Virus record (IMG/VR): IMGVR_UViG_3300021963_000039
Origin: an uncultured virus (IMG/VR IMGVR_UViG_3300021963_000039)
Taxonomy: Duplodnaviria > Heunggongvirae > Uroviricota > Caudoviricetes
Length of the DNA stretch: 64,000 nt
Reading direction: 5' to 3' (one strand)
Shown here piece by piece: positions 11,901 through 20,310 of the stretch. The stretch's first letter is position 1, and the number at the start of each line of letters is the position of its first letter. The position numbers and the translations under genes are program-made. The notes under the pieces are model-generated. The model made no database searches. It saw only the letters and a program-made list of their open reading frames with translations, and was not told the origin of the DNA.

Positions 11901-12160
11901 ACAGCAACCCATTTAATTCCGTCAGTATCTTTTACCAGATAATATCCAAATACCCCGCCAGAATTAGTATAGTCATATAAAGTATCACGAACTCTGATTG
12001 TATCAACATCAACATCTTGTGTTGGAACTGTCGTCCCGACACCAACACTACCAAAACCAACCAGAACATTCCCGATAATTTTAGTCGTATCGGTATACTC
12101 GGAATAACTATTGATTCCGATACTTTGCTTTCTTTTTTTATTGCTAAGATATTCTGGCAT
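2945..12160 (-). CDS. giant tail fiber / receptor-binding protein (3071 aa)
   Basis: G/T/S-rich repeats (LNVSGITTLG, GNLGIGTTNP, TYYGDGS), internal duplications, C-terminal repeat domain. Confidence 0.9.
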   Translation of the reverse strand: MPEYLSNKKRKQSIGINSYSEYTDTTKIIGNVLVGFGSVGVGTTVPTQDVDVDTIRVRDTLYDYTNSGGVFGYYLVKDTDGIKWVAVPPIDSNAIFVAENNNILGVSSFTGLNIISDELIGVSTNPINPNFADITILPRWLKSGDTGIYTTKNVGIGTTIPTTDFQVGFGTTGVTIDGSIGVVSALGYYGNYAFIDQITVKDQLNVVGLGSTLVAAFLASAGGITTTGGDLYVGGTLFANKLDIKNLKVVNIEATGITTLNVGIVSTFRVTGVSTLGITSISQLNVSGITTLGVTSISQLNVSGITTLGVTTISQLNVSGITTLGVTSTTNLTSQQLLVTGITTLASIVGTSLSISGISTLGITSTTNLTTQQLNVSGITTLGITTISELYVSGVSTFAGRITGIISTATKLENPRIFEITGDVAASPIFFDGTGNVSFAATIQPNSVGLGTDTFGDYLKSISGTVGQIVVTGGTGEGSTPVISFDPNPTIGGNVTIGNNLQVTNNLNVDGNITIGGTSATLNTETLTVTDSQILLGVTTSSNLSDISTDLTANTGGIAIASTEGTPLVNLTVVGIDTLPATYKRFVWVSAGTFAGLGTDAWLSNYAIGIGSTQFPAGTRLAVGSVQFTENDLAVVRNINSSGVSTLGVTSTTNLTSQQLNVTGILTASRIVGTSLSISGISTIANFRMSPVGTGATVGGIGVTYYGDGSQLTKISSSSGYADTAGIATIATNVIGGIASVTSLNVTGITTLASIVGTSLSISGISTLGVTSATNLTSQQLNVSGITTLGVTSTTNLTSQQLRVTGITTLASIVGTSLSISGISTLGVTSATNLTSQQLNVSGITTLGVTSTTNLTSQQLNVSGILTASRIVGTSLSISGISTIANFRITNVGTGATVGGIGVTYYGDGSGLTNINLSSVVGVVTYAERAGIATNVIGGIASVTSLNVTGITTLASIVGTSLSITGITTLGITSTTNLTSQQLNVTGITTLKSIVGTSLSISGISTIANFLMTPVGTGATVGGIGVTYYGDGSGLTNINLSSVVGVVTYAERAGIATNVIGGIASVTSLDVSGITTLRSIVGTSLSISGISTLGVTSTANLTSQQLLVTGITTLASIVGTSLSISGISTLGITSTTNLTSQQLNVTGILTASRIVGTSLSISGISTIANFLMTPVGTGATVGGIGVTYYGDGRNLTNVVSTSGYATTAGISTHIKGGNAGNVVYQSAPDTTTFVDNSSATSTQVLRWNGSAPVWGNVDAGSITGVATYATNAGIASYATNAGIATNLKGGLTGNIPYQLNPGITTFVDNSSATSTQVLRWNGSAPVWGNVDAGSITGVATYATSAGIATYATNSGIATYATSAGIATYATNSGIATYATSAGIATYATNSGIATYATSAGIATYATSAGIATYATSAGIATYATNSGIATYATNSGIATYATNAGVSTALQYQRTFEITGDVVASPIFFDGTGNVSLAATIQPNSVGLGTDTFGDYVKDITGTANQITVTPAGGISEGSSLTLSIPNQFTAPQDVTVTRDLQVIRNLNVNGNITIGGTSAVIFSQSLNIFDPDIVLGYRTDSFGNDTSNDNTANHGGVALASTEGTPLVQLFIAGIETNPATYKKFMWFKAGSFAGLGTDAWLSNYAVGIGSTQFPVGTRLAAGSVQFTENDLAVVRNINASGIITATTFKGTLIGYASSAGIATNLGGGPGVVYQYTAGITSFVTNATETNKVLIWNGTVPTWGSVPAGSLVGVVTYADRAGIATNVIGGIASVTSLNVTGITTLASIVGTSLSITGISTIANFRITNVGTGATVGGIGVTYYGDGSNLTGSIKNTIENTENTKIYYPLMTDITTGTISSITVSANSIVFNPGTDSLGIGTTNPGATLNVVPTATSIAGLFSGTTSSDMVRITQLGTGNALVVEDSTNPDSSPFVVNAIGNIGIGTNNPTVQLQLSPNAVISNVGSGITLAGTVGSALTVAQFLYYNTNASYLRIKATRNAVGSDWLSASTKLVNITDVTEQGYIEYNPNGAIYGMAFGSGATEWARFLSSGNLGIGTTTPTSKLTVVGDVLVSGVLTARNLVGTALSISGISTIANFLMTPVGTGATVGGVGIVTYYGDGRNLTNIVSGYATTAGIATNSTNVIGGIASVSQLNVTGITTLASIVGTALSISGISTIANLTITNVGTGATVGGIGVVTYYGDGSQLTNIVSGYATTAGIATYAERAGIATNVIGGIASVTQLSVSGVSTFNNIVGTSLSITGISTLGTVKISSGIITATTGVVTYYGDGSQLTGIGVSVASYADRAGIATNVIGGIASVTSLDVSGITTLRSIVGTSLSITGISTIANFRMSPVGTGATVGGIGVTYYGDGLNLTGIVTSIVAGTNITISPSGTGQVTINSNSSGGGSISISTNTTNQSQFLTYAIGTGNTTGLGVTTTGLVFNPSTGNLGIRTTNPLSKLDVRGDVSIASTLGIGTVIDIVPYDTLNSGTLSWEGSAGQLFSITNNLTTGSIYSVNDVSGIPSIDVDANGTIQLGPYGGNIGLGTTNPTSKLHVIGDVLVSGVLTATRLYSGIYGEFVGGSISGSNIVGTSLSITGISTFTNGPVLIGTGTSTGTALQRLQVTGGAYVSGNLGIGTTTPTSKLTVVGDVLVSGVLTATRLYSGIYGEFVGGSVSGTNIVGTSLSITGISTFTNGPVLIGTGTSTGTALQRLQVTGGAYVSGNLGIGTTNPTKKLDVNGTVKATYFSGRGATSSMANYWARQTWTSRTSAADNSWNAVAWSPELRMFAAVSSTGTNRVMTSPNGINWTSQAATTANNWRGICWAAELGLFVAVAWSGAANRVMTSPNGTTWTTQSQSFNKDWQSVCWSPELGRLVAVSNYNGLDCVMYSSNGINWTITNGVQDNQWFSVVWASELGLFVAVSGAANNGTGSQRVMTSTDGINWTGRTAAAQNVWVGLCWSPELGLFVAVSYDGSGNRVMTSPDGINWTSRTSAADNQWLSVCWAAELGLFVAVSNNNTNRVMTSPDGINWTGRTAAADIQWTSVCWSPEQSILAAVSDSGTGIRVMTSP
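2948..3870 (-). repeat. about seven ~44-aa repeats (W-S-P-E-L-G-L-F-V-A-V ... VMTSPDGINWT), probable beta-propeller
   Basis: Repeats visible in translation; S-x-D-G-x-x-W Asp-box-like turns. Confidence 0.8.
3970..4515 (-). repeat. near-perfect 273-bp tandem duplication in fiber gene
   Basis: ccaagattacctgaaacataggcaccacc at 3981 and 4254; 91-aa unit. Confidence 0.85.
7826..8148 (-). repeat. 27-bp coding tandem repeat (ATYATSAGI/ATYATNSGI, about 12 units)
   Basis: Visible in DNA and protein. Confidence 0.9.
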
Positions 12161-12169
12161 TTTACTGAA

Positions 12170-12523
12170 TTAGTTGAGGGTTTCTAGGATACTGAAAATA
12201 TATTTTATATCAGTATTATTGCTTGCTTGAATTTTTATAAAGTCTCCGGGTTCTAAAAATAATTTTCCACTAATCGCATCAAATGCGTCATTTGATTCAA
12301 GAGGAAACTTCTGAAAAAATTCAGTCACAACTGTACTGATAGTTCCGGAACTTCTTACTGGTCGGTTATGAGTTAAGGATACAGTTTGAGTAAAATTTCC
12401 AATATTCGCAACATTCGCACAAAGCACGACCCCGGTATATCCAACCGGTGCTTTATATATTTGAGATGAAGATGTGGTTGCTATTCCGACTTTTGTTTTG
12501 TATACGTTTAGTGCTAATGCCAT
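12170..12523 (-). CDS. virion structural/fiber-associated protein
   Basis: 117-aa beta-rich ORF between two giant structural genes. Confidence 0.65.
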   Translation of the reverse strand: MALALNVYKTKVGIATTSSSQIYKAPVGYTGVVLCANVANIGNFTQTVSLTHNRPVRSSGTISTVVTEFFQKFPLESNDAFDAISGKLFLEPGDFIKIQASNNTDIKYIFSILETLN

Positions 12524-12526
12524 TTG

Positions 12527-15500
12527 TTAATCTCCTCCTAATGATAGAATAAATGGTGTCATTGTCGCAAAAAGGCTCTTTGTATAATCTGTACCGGATA
12601 TTCTTCCGGTATTTTGATTAATTACTACTCCATCACCTATTCTAAAATTACCGGCCTGATCGGTTGTGGTAAAGACAACCAATCCACCATCCTTGGAGAT
12701 AGTTTCATTTTCTTGAATTGGTACTCCACCCAAGACCGGAATTGCTCTTTTAATTGTAGTACCGGTTCCAATATATTCCATACAGTGACTTGACGCTAGA
12801 ATTCTACTTTGTCTATAAAAATAAACTTCCGCTCCGGCAGATATCTCATATGGTATATTCTCATTCAGGGTAATTGTAGTAATTCCAGAAGAACTAATTG
12901 GAGTTGAACTGGTAACACTAAAATATGTAGGTTTCATAGTCAGCGAGAATGTCGCAGTAGTTATTCCGGCATTTGGCACCGTAAGAGATAATGTTGGTGG
13001 CAATAAGTACCCTCTTCCACTAGAAACCAAATTAACTTCGGTAATTCTTCCATTACGAAGTGTCGCAACTGCCTGTGCCGGAATGCCCCATTCCTCTTCT
13101 GGCTCGGAGAATATAAACTCCGGAGGTTCTTCATAACCAGAACCACCATTAATTATTTCCACAGAAGCAACATCAGAATAGAGTCGGTCAAAATACAACA
13201 CCTGACCATCATAGGGTCTGCTGGTATAATTTTTAACTCTACCACCAAACACATAATAGTGCTCTAAAGTAGAAACACCCACACTCGCAGTAAATGATTG
13301 ACTGGTAAGATTGGTTGGATAATTTCCTTTTGTTTGATTTGTCAGGTCAGTAATTAAATAAGAAACTAAATTATCAATAAAACTCTTAACATCAGAACAA
13401 GAATTTTGATTATTATTTGATCCGGTTAGTGGGTCAGCGATTAAAGTAAAATCTTTCTTATTTAATTGATTATTAATTGCGAGTTTTGCGTATTCTCTTA
13501 ATGAGGTAAATCCTACGATTGATTGTTGTCTTTCAGAAGCAATTCCAACAACACCACTTTGATCAAAATAAGCATCTCGTGTCAATAGAGTCTGTTCGTT
13601 ACTATAACTTCTTAAATCACTAATAATCGCATCTAAAACATATCCAAGATCTCTTCTACAAACATTTTCGCCCGTAAGGAAAATACCGGGATTTACCGTA
13701 GGAAGATTTGAGGTACTTCCGGAACCAATTACGGTCGTAACAATACCCACCAGATTATTCACCGCTTGCTGAACGTCAGTACAGGCATTTGGACTTGTAT
13801 TCGGAACACTTCCAACAATACTTCCATATAGTGCCGGTCCGGTGCTAATTCCAACTTCCTTATATGTTAATTGATTAGTAATTGCCTTCTTTATCAATTC
13901 TCTTGCCTGAACAAAGGCATAGATTGATTCAACCTCTTCTCCAACCAAACCATTTGTAATGGCGATACCAACGGCATTAAAGTATTGCTTCACGAATTCA
14001 ATACTATAATAATTTCCACCAGTATAAAGGTCAGTAGAAACGGCATCAACAAAATAACCAAGATCTCTTTTACATTTAGATTCTACATTTGGTACATTAT
14101 TTAAGTCACAAATAAATTGATTATAAGTATTCGTCCAAGCGACACCAACAATCTCGCTCTTATTCTTTAGTACCAATCTTGTGGCATCCTTAAAACGATA
14201 ACTTAAATTACTTAAGGGATCATCTGGATATACAAAGTTAGAATAAGAAAGTGCGATTCCAACCAAAGATTTATCTAAAATCTCTTTTCTATTCGCATCA
14301 ATACGATCAGCGGCATCAAGATATCTTCCGGGAGCAGTATCAATAATCTCAAAGATAGGTTCTTTTTTGCCATCTTTAGTATCAGGATATATTAAAATGT
14401 TAGCAGGAAGAGTTGGAATTCCTGGACGAGTTGCTGTATTAATTGCGTTGTTTATAATACCAATCAAATTATCTATTGTGGTCTTAACATTAGAACAAGA
14501 ATCTTCGGTATTATTTGATCCGGTTAATGGATCGGGAATTAGAGTAAAATCTTTTTTGTTTAATTGATTGTTAATCGCAAGTTTTGAGTAATTTCTAACA
14601 GCAGTAAATGCGGTGATTGATTGAGTCTCTTCACCCACCAATCCATTTGAAATCGGATTTCCAGAAGAATCAAAATATGCGTTTGCCGCTGCAAAAATAT
14701 TCGCATTAGTATTAAATTTAAGATCATTCACTATGGCATCTACGATATAACCAATATCCCTACTACACTTATTCTCTCCGGTAGCAATAAGAGTTCTTGT
14801 GGTTTCATTAAAAGTAGTTAAGAACCCAACATTATTTGTTCCAATTACAGTCGTAACAATACCAACAAGAGTATCTAGCGTGTTCTGAACGTTTGTACAG
14901 GAATTTGGACTTGTATTTGGAAGATTTCCACCAGGTCCATTATATAATGCTGGTCCTGTACTGATTCCAACATCCTTAAAGTTCAATTGATTGGTGATTG
15001 CTCCCTTCATCAAATCTCTTGCCGCATTAAAAGCATAGACGGATTGAGATTCTTCTCCAACTAAACCATTCGTAATAGCGATACCAACGGCATTAAAATA
15101 TTGTTTGGTGAAGTCTCTGGAATACTTATTTCCTCCCAGGAAAACATCAGTTGAGACGGCATCCACAAAGTATCCCAAATCTCTCATACACTTAGATGAA
15201 CCAGGAGTAAAGACTCCTTTATTTTCGGAGAACGTAGTTAAAAATCCAATATTAGATGTTCCAATTACATTTGTAACAATACCAACTAAAGTATTAATTT
15301 GATGCTGAACTCCATCACAGGAAGTTGGATTTGTGTTAGATACCGGACCATTTAGTGGATTAGGATCGGCTGTAATTGTAAGATCACTATAAGCGGCACC
15401 AACAAGAGTATTGGTGATTGCCTTTTTCATCAACTCTCTGGTTGAAGTAAATCCAACCAAGGCACCATTTATTTCTTCTACATCATTAATGCCGTTTGTA

Positions 15501-17029
15501 ATTGCGGCACCAACAGAATTAAAATAATGTTTTGTAAAATCTCTTGAGTAACGATTTCCTCCGGTGAATATATCGGTAGAAATCGCATCTACAAAATAAC
15601 CCAAATCTCTTTTACATTTTGTTTCGGTAGAAGAGAGTGTGGGATATTGATTGATGATTGCGGTCCAGGCAATACCAACTATTACAGATTTATTTCTTTG
15701 AATTAACCGATAAGAATCAAAATATTGAGATCTTGAATTCGTTTGAGTATCACCCGGAAAATAAAAGTCAGGATATTCAATCGCAATAGATGCTAATGAT
15801 TTATCTACAATTTCTTCTTTATTTTTCTGAATCAGTCTATATGAGTCTTTATATCTTGAGTATGCCGTGGTTTGATTATCACCGGGAAAATAAAAGTCAG
15901 GATGATCTATGGCAATAGAAGCAAGAGATTTATCTACGATTTCTTGCTTATTCAAAACAATCATATTTGCCGCATCTTGATATCTTCCGAGATTTGTAAA
16001 GTTCGGGGAAGAATTACAGGTAAAGGCAAGTCCGGTAATTTCAACACTCATTCCTTTTTTGAATTTGTGTGGGAAATCAGTATCTATTTGAACGATTCCG
16101 GTTTTATTATCATAATCAGCATCGGTTACATTAAATGTAGGAGTATTAACATTTACTTCAAATATAAAATCACTAGGTTGAATTGTAGATGTTAATATTC
16201 CTGTATATTTTAATGGTCCTACTCCATTCGCAACTAATGCCTTGTTGCCGAAAGAAGAGTTGCTGTTGGTTAGGTCACATGCTCCTCCGGTATCACAATA
16301 CACGGAAGTATCAGAACAAATGGTAAATAGTGATACTAACTGTGCGTATCCTTCATTGGTAATTGAGATTCCTATACCATTCGCATTATATTGAGTAAAA
16401 CTATCAAGAACCATCGATTTTATTGGTCCGATAGCATGATTTCCGTTAATTCTTAATCCAATACTGTTTGGAATAAAATTAGTACAGTTCTGAACGTATG
16501 TGGATTGATTGATATATTGCTTATTGTCCGGATCAAAAGCGGCAATCGCAAGTGGATAAGTATTATCTTCTTTGATAAAGGACATTCCGGTAATATAATT
16601 ACCTCTTCCCACATAAAATAAATCAGCATCATTTATTGGAGTTACAGTCACTTCTCTAAGACTGTCTCCAACAACACTAACTTGAGGAGGTAATTTTATT
16701 GGATTATCTTCTACATAGGTTCCGGCAGTTACACGAATAACTGTTCCTTCTTTAGAATCCGCAACTGCCGCTTTAATGGTTGCTTTCGCATCCCCCATTT
16801 TTAATCCGGTATTCTTATCATTTCCGTCTGGTGTAACCCAAATCAGATTAGATATAGTCGCTCCGGCACCAACACGAATAATGTCCGTTCCAATTCCGGC
16901 ACGATCTCTTCTAGCGGTTAATTCACCATCATAGGTGTTATATGCTAGTTCGCCAGTTAATAATTGATCGATTGTGGGTCTTTTGCCGGGAACAGCAGAC
17001 CTTCTAATTCTAATTGGAGTTCCGTCCAT
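12527..17029 (-). CDS. large virion structural/fiber protein (1500 aa)
   Basis: N-terminal IRIRRSAVPGKRP..GELAYNTYDG motif, beta-helix-like region, five KCxRDLGYxVDA repeats; late promoter ATAAATA at ~17080-17086. Confidence 0.8.
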   Translation of the reverse strand: MDGTPIRIRRSAVPGKRPTIDQLLTGELAYNTYDGELTARRDRAGIGTDIIRVGAGATISNLIWVTPDGNDKNTGLKMGDAKATIKAAVADSKEGTVIRVTAGTYVEDNPIKLPPQVSVVGDSLREVTVTPINDADLFYVGRGNYITGMSFIKEDNTYPLAIAAFDPDNKQYINQSTYVQNCTNFIPNSIGLRINGNHAIGPIKSMVLDSFTQYNANGIGISITNEGYAQLVSLFTICSDTSVYCDTGGACDLTNSNSSFGNKALVANGVGPLKYTGILTSTIQPSDFIFEVNVNTPTFNVTDADYDNKTGIVQIDTDFPHKFKKGMSVEITGLAFTCNSSPNFTNLGRYQDAANMIVLNKQEIVDKSLASIAIDHPDFYFPGDNQTTAYSRYKDSYRLIQKNKEEIVDKSLASIAIEYPDFYFPGDTQTNSRSQYFDSYRLIQRNKSVIVGIAWTAIINQYPTLSSTETKCKRDLGYFVDAISTDIFTGGNRYSRDFTKHYFNSVGAAITNGINDVEEINGALVGFTSTRELMKKAITNTLVGAAYSDLTITADPNPLNGPVSNTNPTSCDGVQHQINTLVGIVTNVIGTSNIGFLTTFSENKGVFTPGSSKCMRDLGYFVDAVSTDVFLGGNKYSRDFTKQYFNAVGIAITNGLVGEESQSVYAFNAARDLMKGAITNQLNFKDVGISTGPALYNGPGGNLPNTSPNSCTNVQNTLDTLVGIVTTVIGTNNVGFLTTFNETTRTLIATGENKCSRDIGYIVDAIVNDLKFNTNANIFAAANAYFDSSGNPISNGLVGEETQSITAFTAVRNYSKLAINNQLNKKDFTLIPDPLTGSNNTEDSCSNVKTTIDNLIGIINNAINTATRPGIPTLPANILIYPDTKDGKKEPIFEIIDTAPGRYLDAADRIDANRKEILDKSLVGIALSYSNFVYPDDPLSNLSYRFKDATRLVLKNKSEIVGVAWTNTYNQFICDLNNVPNVESKCKRDLGYFVDAVSTDLYTGGNYYSIEFVKQYFNAVGIAITNGLVGEEVESIYAFVQARELIKKAITNQLTYKEVGISTGPALYGSIVGSVPNTSPNACTDVQQAVNNLVGIVTTVIGSGSTSNLPTVNPGIFLTGENVCRRDLGYVLDAIISDLRSYSNEQTLLTRDAYFDQSGVVGIASERQQSIVGFTSLREYAKLAINNQLNKKDFTLIADPLTGSNNNQNSCSDVKSFIDNLVSYLITDLTNQTKGNYPTNLTSQSFTASVGVSTLEHYYVFGGRVKNYTSRPYDGQVLYFDRLYSDVASVEIINGGSGYEEPPEFIFSEPEEEWGIPAQAVATLRNGRITEVNLVSSGRGYLLPPTLSLTVPNAGITTATFSLTMKPTYFSVTSSTPISSSGITTITLNENIPYEISAGAEVYFYRQSRILASSHCMEYIGTGTTIKRAIPVLGGVPIQENETISKDGGLVVFTTTDQAGNFRIGDGVVINQNTGRISGTDYTKSLFATMTPFILSLGGD

Positions 17030-17093
17030 CTATTACATTCGGTATTTACCAGAAGAAGACAGTATATACTGCTCGATAGTTATTTATAAACTT

Positions 17094-17465
17094 TTAAGAC
17101 GCATTATTTTTTCTTGGACGATAAGAATAAAGATTAGTTGGTAATGGAGGTTTTATCCAATTTTCTATTTTATCAAATCTTTTTTCACTATAAAAATCTT
17201 GCTGTACATACCATAGTTTCCAGTGCTCGTGCCCCTTGGATTGATTACAAGAATGGCAAGAGCATACTACATTCGTGGTAGTATCCAATCCACCTTTTGA
17301 TTGAGGAACTATGTGATCTATTGTAAGATTATCCTCAGACTCACAATAGGCACACTTATGATTCCAACTCTCTTTGATATCTTTTCTCCATATTCGTTTA
17401 GCATCCCCAGAACTTGTTACACAAAGATTAAACAGGTACTCTTTAGGCGAATGGAGAGGTCCCAT
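17094..17465 (-). CDS. HNH endonuclease
   Basis: CAYC...LTIDHIVPQSKGG...NVVCSCHSCNQSKG. Confidence 0.9.
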   Translation of the reverse strand: MGPLHSPKEYLFNLCVTSSGDAKRIWRKDIKESWNHKCAYCESEDNLTIDHIVPQSKGGLDTTTNVVCSCHSCNQSKGHEHWKLWYVQQDFYSEKRFDKIENWIKPPLPTNLYSYRPRKNNAS

Positions 17466-17711
17466 AAGTTACTGCGACTTATGATTATTTAGAGTTATTG
17501 AGATGGTTTCTTTTAGACAAATCCAAATATAATGAAGTTGCTCTGATAATGTGGTATTATACTTCATTCTTCTTTATTTCTTCCAAAATTATAACCCCAA
17601 TATATGATATAGAGGTCTATGAGAACATTAAACCAATTGATGTTTTGTGTCATTTTTTATTTCCTTTTTATTATTATAGGTCATTTATGAGGTTTTGTAA
17701 AGATCATTCTA

Positions 17712-18413
17712 TCAGTACTTTTCCAAACAATATACACCATTCTTTTCTACAATGGCAGAGCAAGTATCCACAAAATCACCACAGCACATATAAGTGATTT
17801 TACCAAAGTTGCGAATATTCCCATGATGAATGTGCCCGCAAATTACACCAGCATATTTCTTATCTCTCTGAATACAATAAGAAGCAATATCAGTCTCATA
17901 TTGATTGATATAATTCTTTCCACGAATAGTGTTCTTCAAGACATAAACTAATGAAAATCTAAAAAATCTTTCAAAGAATAAACTAAGTGGAGTAATTAGT
18001 TCATAACCTTTATTAAAGATGAGTTGCTTCCAAGAACCCGAAGAATACTCCGAATACTTATCTCCATGAACACAAAGAAACTTATTTCCTTTGGAATCTT
18101 TGTAAATATACTCATCTACCATCTTAAAGTTCTTATGCTCAAAATCACAATAACGACGAATCATTCCTTCATGATTTCCAAGAATATAAACAATCTCAGT
18201 TCCTTTCTTTGCAAGATTTAGAAGTTGATGAACACATTCTGTATGTTCTTTGGTCCAACGAGTATTATATCTTTCCATACAATGAATATCAATAACATCA
18301 CCAACTAAAACTAATTTCTTGGTCTTAAGTTCTTTTAGAAATTTTAGAAACTTTTCAGTATTACATCTTGGGGTTCCTAGGTGAATATCACTGATAAAAG
18401 TTGCGTCGTACAT
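17712..18413 (-). CDS. calcineurin-like metallophosphoesterase, UDP-2,3-diacylglucosamine hydrolase (LpxH-like)
   Basis: SDIHLG, GDVID, GNHE, HGD, GHIH motifs. Confidence 0.85.
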   Translation of the reverse strand: MYDATFISDIHLGTPRCNTEKFLKFLKELKTKKLVLVGDVIDIHCMERYNTRWTKEHTECVHQLLNLAKKGTEIVYILGNHEGMIRRYCDFEHKNFKMVDEYIYKDSKGNKFLCVHGDKYSEYSSGSWKQLIFNKGYELITPLSLFFERFFRFSLVYVLKNTIRGKNYINQYETDIASYCIQRDKKYAGVICGHIHHGNIRNFGKITYMCCGDFVDTCSAIVEKNGVYCLEKY

Positions 18414-18556
18414 AAAAAGTTGTGGTTTTATCTTATATATTATAGCAGAGACATAAGGAATAGGAACACTCCGAATGCTATGAATGCTGCGAGGATTATG
18501 AGCATTTTTTATTGATTATATATTATAAATAGAAACATATAAGCATATATGTCTCT

Positions 18557-18991
18557 ATGAAATACTGCACACATTGTAACACTACCAGACCTCTTGATGA
18601 ATTCTATAAAATTAGAGTGAAAAGAAAAGATGGAACTTACCGAGAAGGTCACAGGTCTATGTGTAATTTCTGCGATAGAAGTAGAAAAAGTAAAAGAGAT
18701 AGACGCACAAAAAAAGAAAGAGCAGAGCAACATTTATTCTCAAAATATAAAATGACCCCAGAAGAATTTACATTCCTACTGGAGTCACAAGAAAATAAGT
18801 GTGCTATTTGTGAAACATCAGATCCAGGTGGAAGATATAATAAATTCCATGTAGATCACTGCCACAAGACAGAGAATGTTAGAGGACTTTTGTGTCATAG
18901 ATGTAACTATGCTCTTGGTTATTTCCAAGATAATTCCTCCAATCTTTTAAGGGCTATCCAATACTTGGAGCAGTCAAAGCAACTTCAGTAG
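18557..18991 (+). CDS. endonuclease VII-family homing endonuclease (F-CphI-like)
   Basis: QENKCAIC...[24 protein letters not shown] (DHHRN-type); adjacent to psbA; ATAAATA at 18525-18531. Confidence 0.85.
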   Translation: MKYCTHCNTTRPLDEFYKIRVKRKDGTYREGHRSMCNFCDRSRKSKRDRRTKKERAEQHLFSKYKMTPEEFTFLLESQENKCAICETSDPGGRYNKFHVDHCHKTENVRGLLCHRCNYALGYFQDNSSNLLRAIQYLEQSKQLQ

Positions 18992-20036
18992 TAGATACTG
19001 CAGCAAGATCCAAAGGATAGTTATGGGCGTTCCTTTCGTGGACCACTTCAAACCCAAGATTGGCACGATTTAGGATATCTGCCCAAGTGTTGATTGCGTG
19101 TCCTTGAGAGTCAAGAATACTCTGGTTAAAATTTAGTCCGTTCAGATTAAAAGCCATGGTAGAAACACCAAGAGCAGCAAACCAAATACCAACTACCGGC
19201 CACGCTGCTAAAAAGAAGTGCAACGAACGGGAGTTATTAAAGGACGCATATTGAAAGATAAGACGACCAAAATATCCATGAGCTGCACATATGTTATAAG
19301 TTTCTTCTTCTTGACCAAACTTATAACCATAATTCTGCGATTCAGTTTCAGTGGTCTCACGAACTAGTGAAGAAGTCACTAGCGAACCGTGCATCGCTGA
19401 GAACAATGAACCACCGAAGACACCAGCAACTCCAAGCATATGGAATGGGTGCATCAGGATGTTATGTTCTGCCTGGAATACAAGCATATAGTTAAAAGTA
19501 CCAGAGATGCCGAGTGGCATAGCGTCAGAGAAAGAACCTTGACCGAAAGGATACACAAGGAATACGGCACTCGCAGCAGCAACAGGTGCAGAGTAAGCAA
19601 CCATAATCCAAGGACGCATACCTAGACGGTAAGAGAGTTCCCATTCACGACCCATGTAGCAATAGATGCCGATGAGGAAGTGAAATACAACAAGTTGAAA
19701 TGGACCTCCATTATACAACCATTCATCAAGGGAAGCAGCTTCCCAGATAGGATAGAAGTGAAGTCCGATAGCATTAGAACTGGGAACAACGGCACCAGAG
19801 ATGATGTTGTTTCCGTACATAAGAGAACCTGCTACTGGTTCCCGAATGCCGTCGATGTCCACTGGGGGGGCACCAACGAATGCAATAATAAAACACGTTG
19901 TCGCAGCGAGCAACGTAGGAATCATAAGAACGCCGAACCAACCAACATAAAGGCGGTTGTTCGTAGAAGTAACCCAGGAACAGAAATCATTCCACAGATT
20001 ATTAGTATTAGAACGTGTAGCAATTGTAGCAGTCAT
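18954..20036 (-). CDS. psbA: photosystem II D1 protein
   Basis: [15 protein letters not shown], HERNAHNxPLDLA; 360 aa, uninterrupted. Confidence 0.99.
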   Translation of the reverse strand: MTATIATRSNTNNLWNDFCSWVTSTNNRLYVGWFGVLMIPTLLAATTCFIIAFVGAPPVDIDGIREPVAGSLMYGNNIISGAVVPSSNAIGLHFYPIWEAASLDEWLYNGGPFQLVVFHFLIGIYCYMGREWELSYRLGMRPWIMVAYSAPVAAASAVFLVYPFGQGSFSDAMPLGISGTFNYMLVFQAEHNILMHPFHMLGVAGVFGGSLFSAMHGSLVTSSLVRETTETESQNYGYKFGQEEETYNICAAHGYFGRLIFQYASFNNSRSLHFFLAAWPVVGIWFAALGVSTMAFNLNGLNFNQSILDSQGHAINTWADILNRANLGFEVVHERNAHNYPLDLAAVSTTEVALTAPSIG

Positions 20037-20039
20037 TTG

Positions 20040-20156
20040 TTAAAAAGGGGGTAAGTATGAGTTCGGGGGACGAACTTATTAGTAACTATATTCCACAACA
20101 CCCTCCGTCGTGGATATGAGGGATGCTTTACTTCTCGTGATCCCGGTTTGAGAAGA
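20040..20156 (-). ncRNA. structured psbA 5' leader, PhotoRC-II-like RNA motif
   Basis: Hairpins CTTCTC..GAGAAG, TCCACGAC-GGAGGGT-GTTGTGGA, AGTTCG..CGAACT; loop GAGGG complementary to CCCTC; position matches PhotoRC-II. Confidence 0.7.
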
Positions 20157-20202
20157 CACGGTTCTCAGAATTGTCACATTCCTTAACCCCGTGTATGTAT
20201 AT

Positions 20203-20231
20203 ATCATACCATTGTGTGGAAATCCTGTCAA
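20203..20231 (-). promoter_or_regulatory. sigma70-like promoter of psbA
   Basis: TTGACA-17-TATGAT. Confidence 0.8.
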
Positions 20232-20310
20232 TAGGTGGAAATACTCATAAGACCTGGTATAAATAAAGGGTTTTTAATAAATATAAGTGTAATCAAAACA
20301 TCTCATCTCC

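Noticed and set aside
3069..11942. Many + strand ORFs within the fiber gene
   Set aside because: Antisense shadows caused by codon bias; no RBS or promoters seen.
18954..20036. Group I intron in psbA
   Set aside because: Reading frame is continuous and full length.
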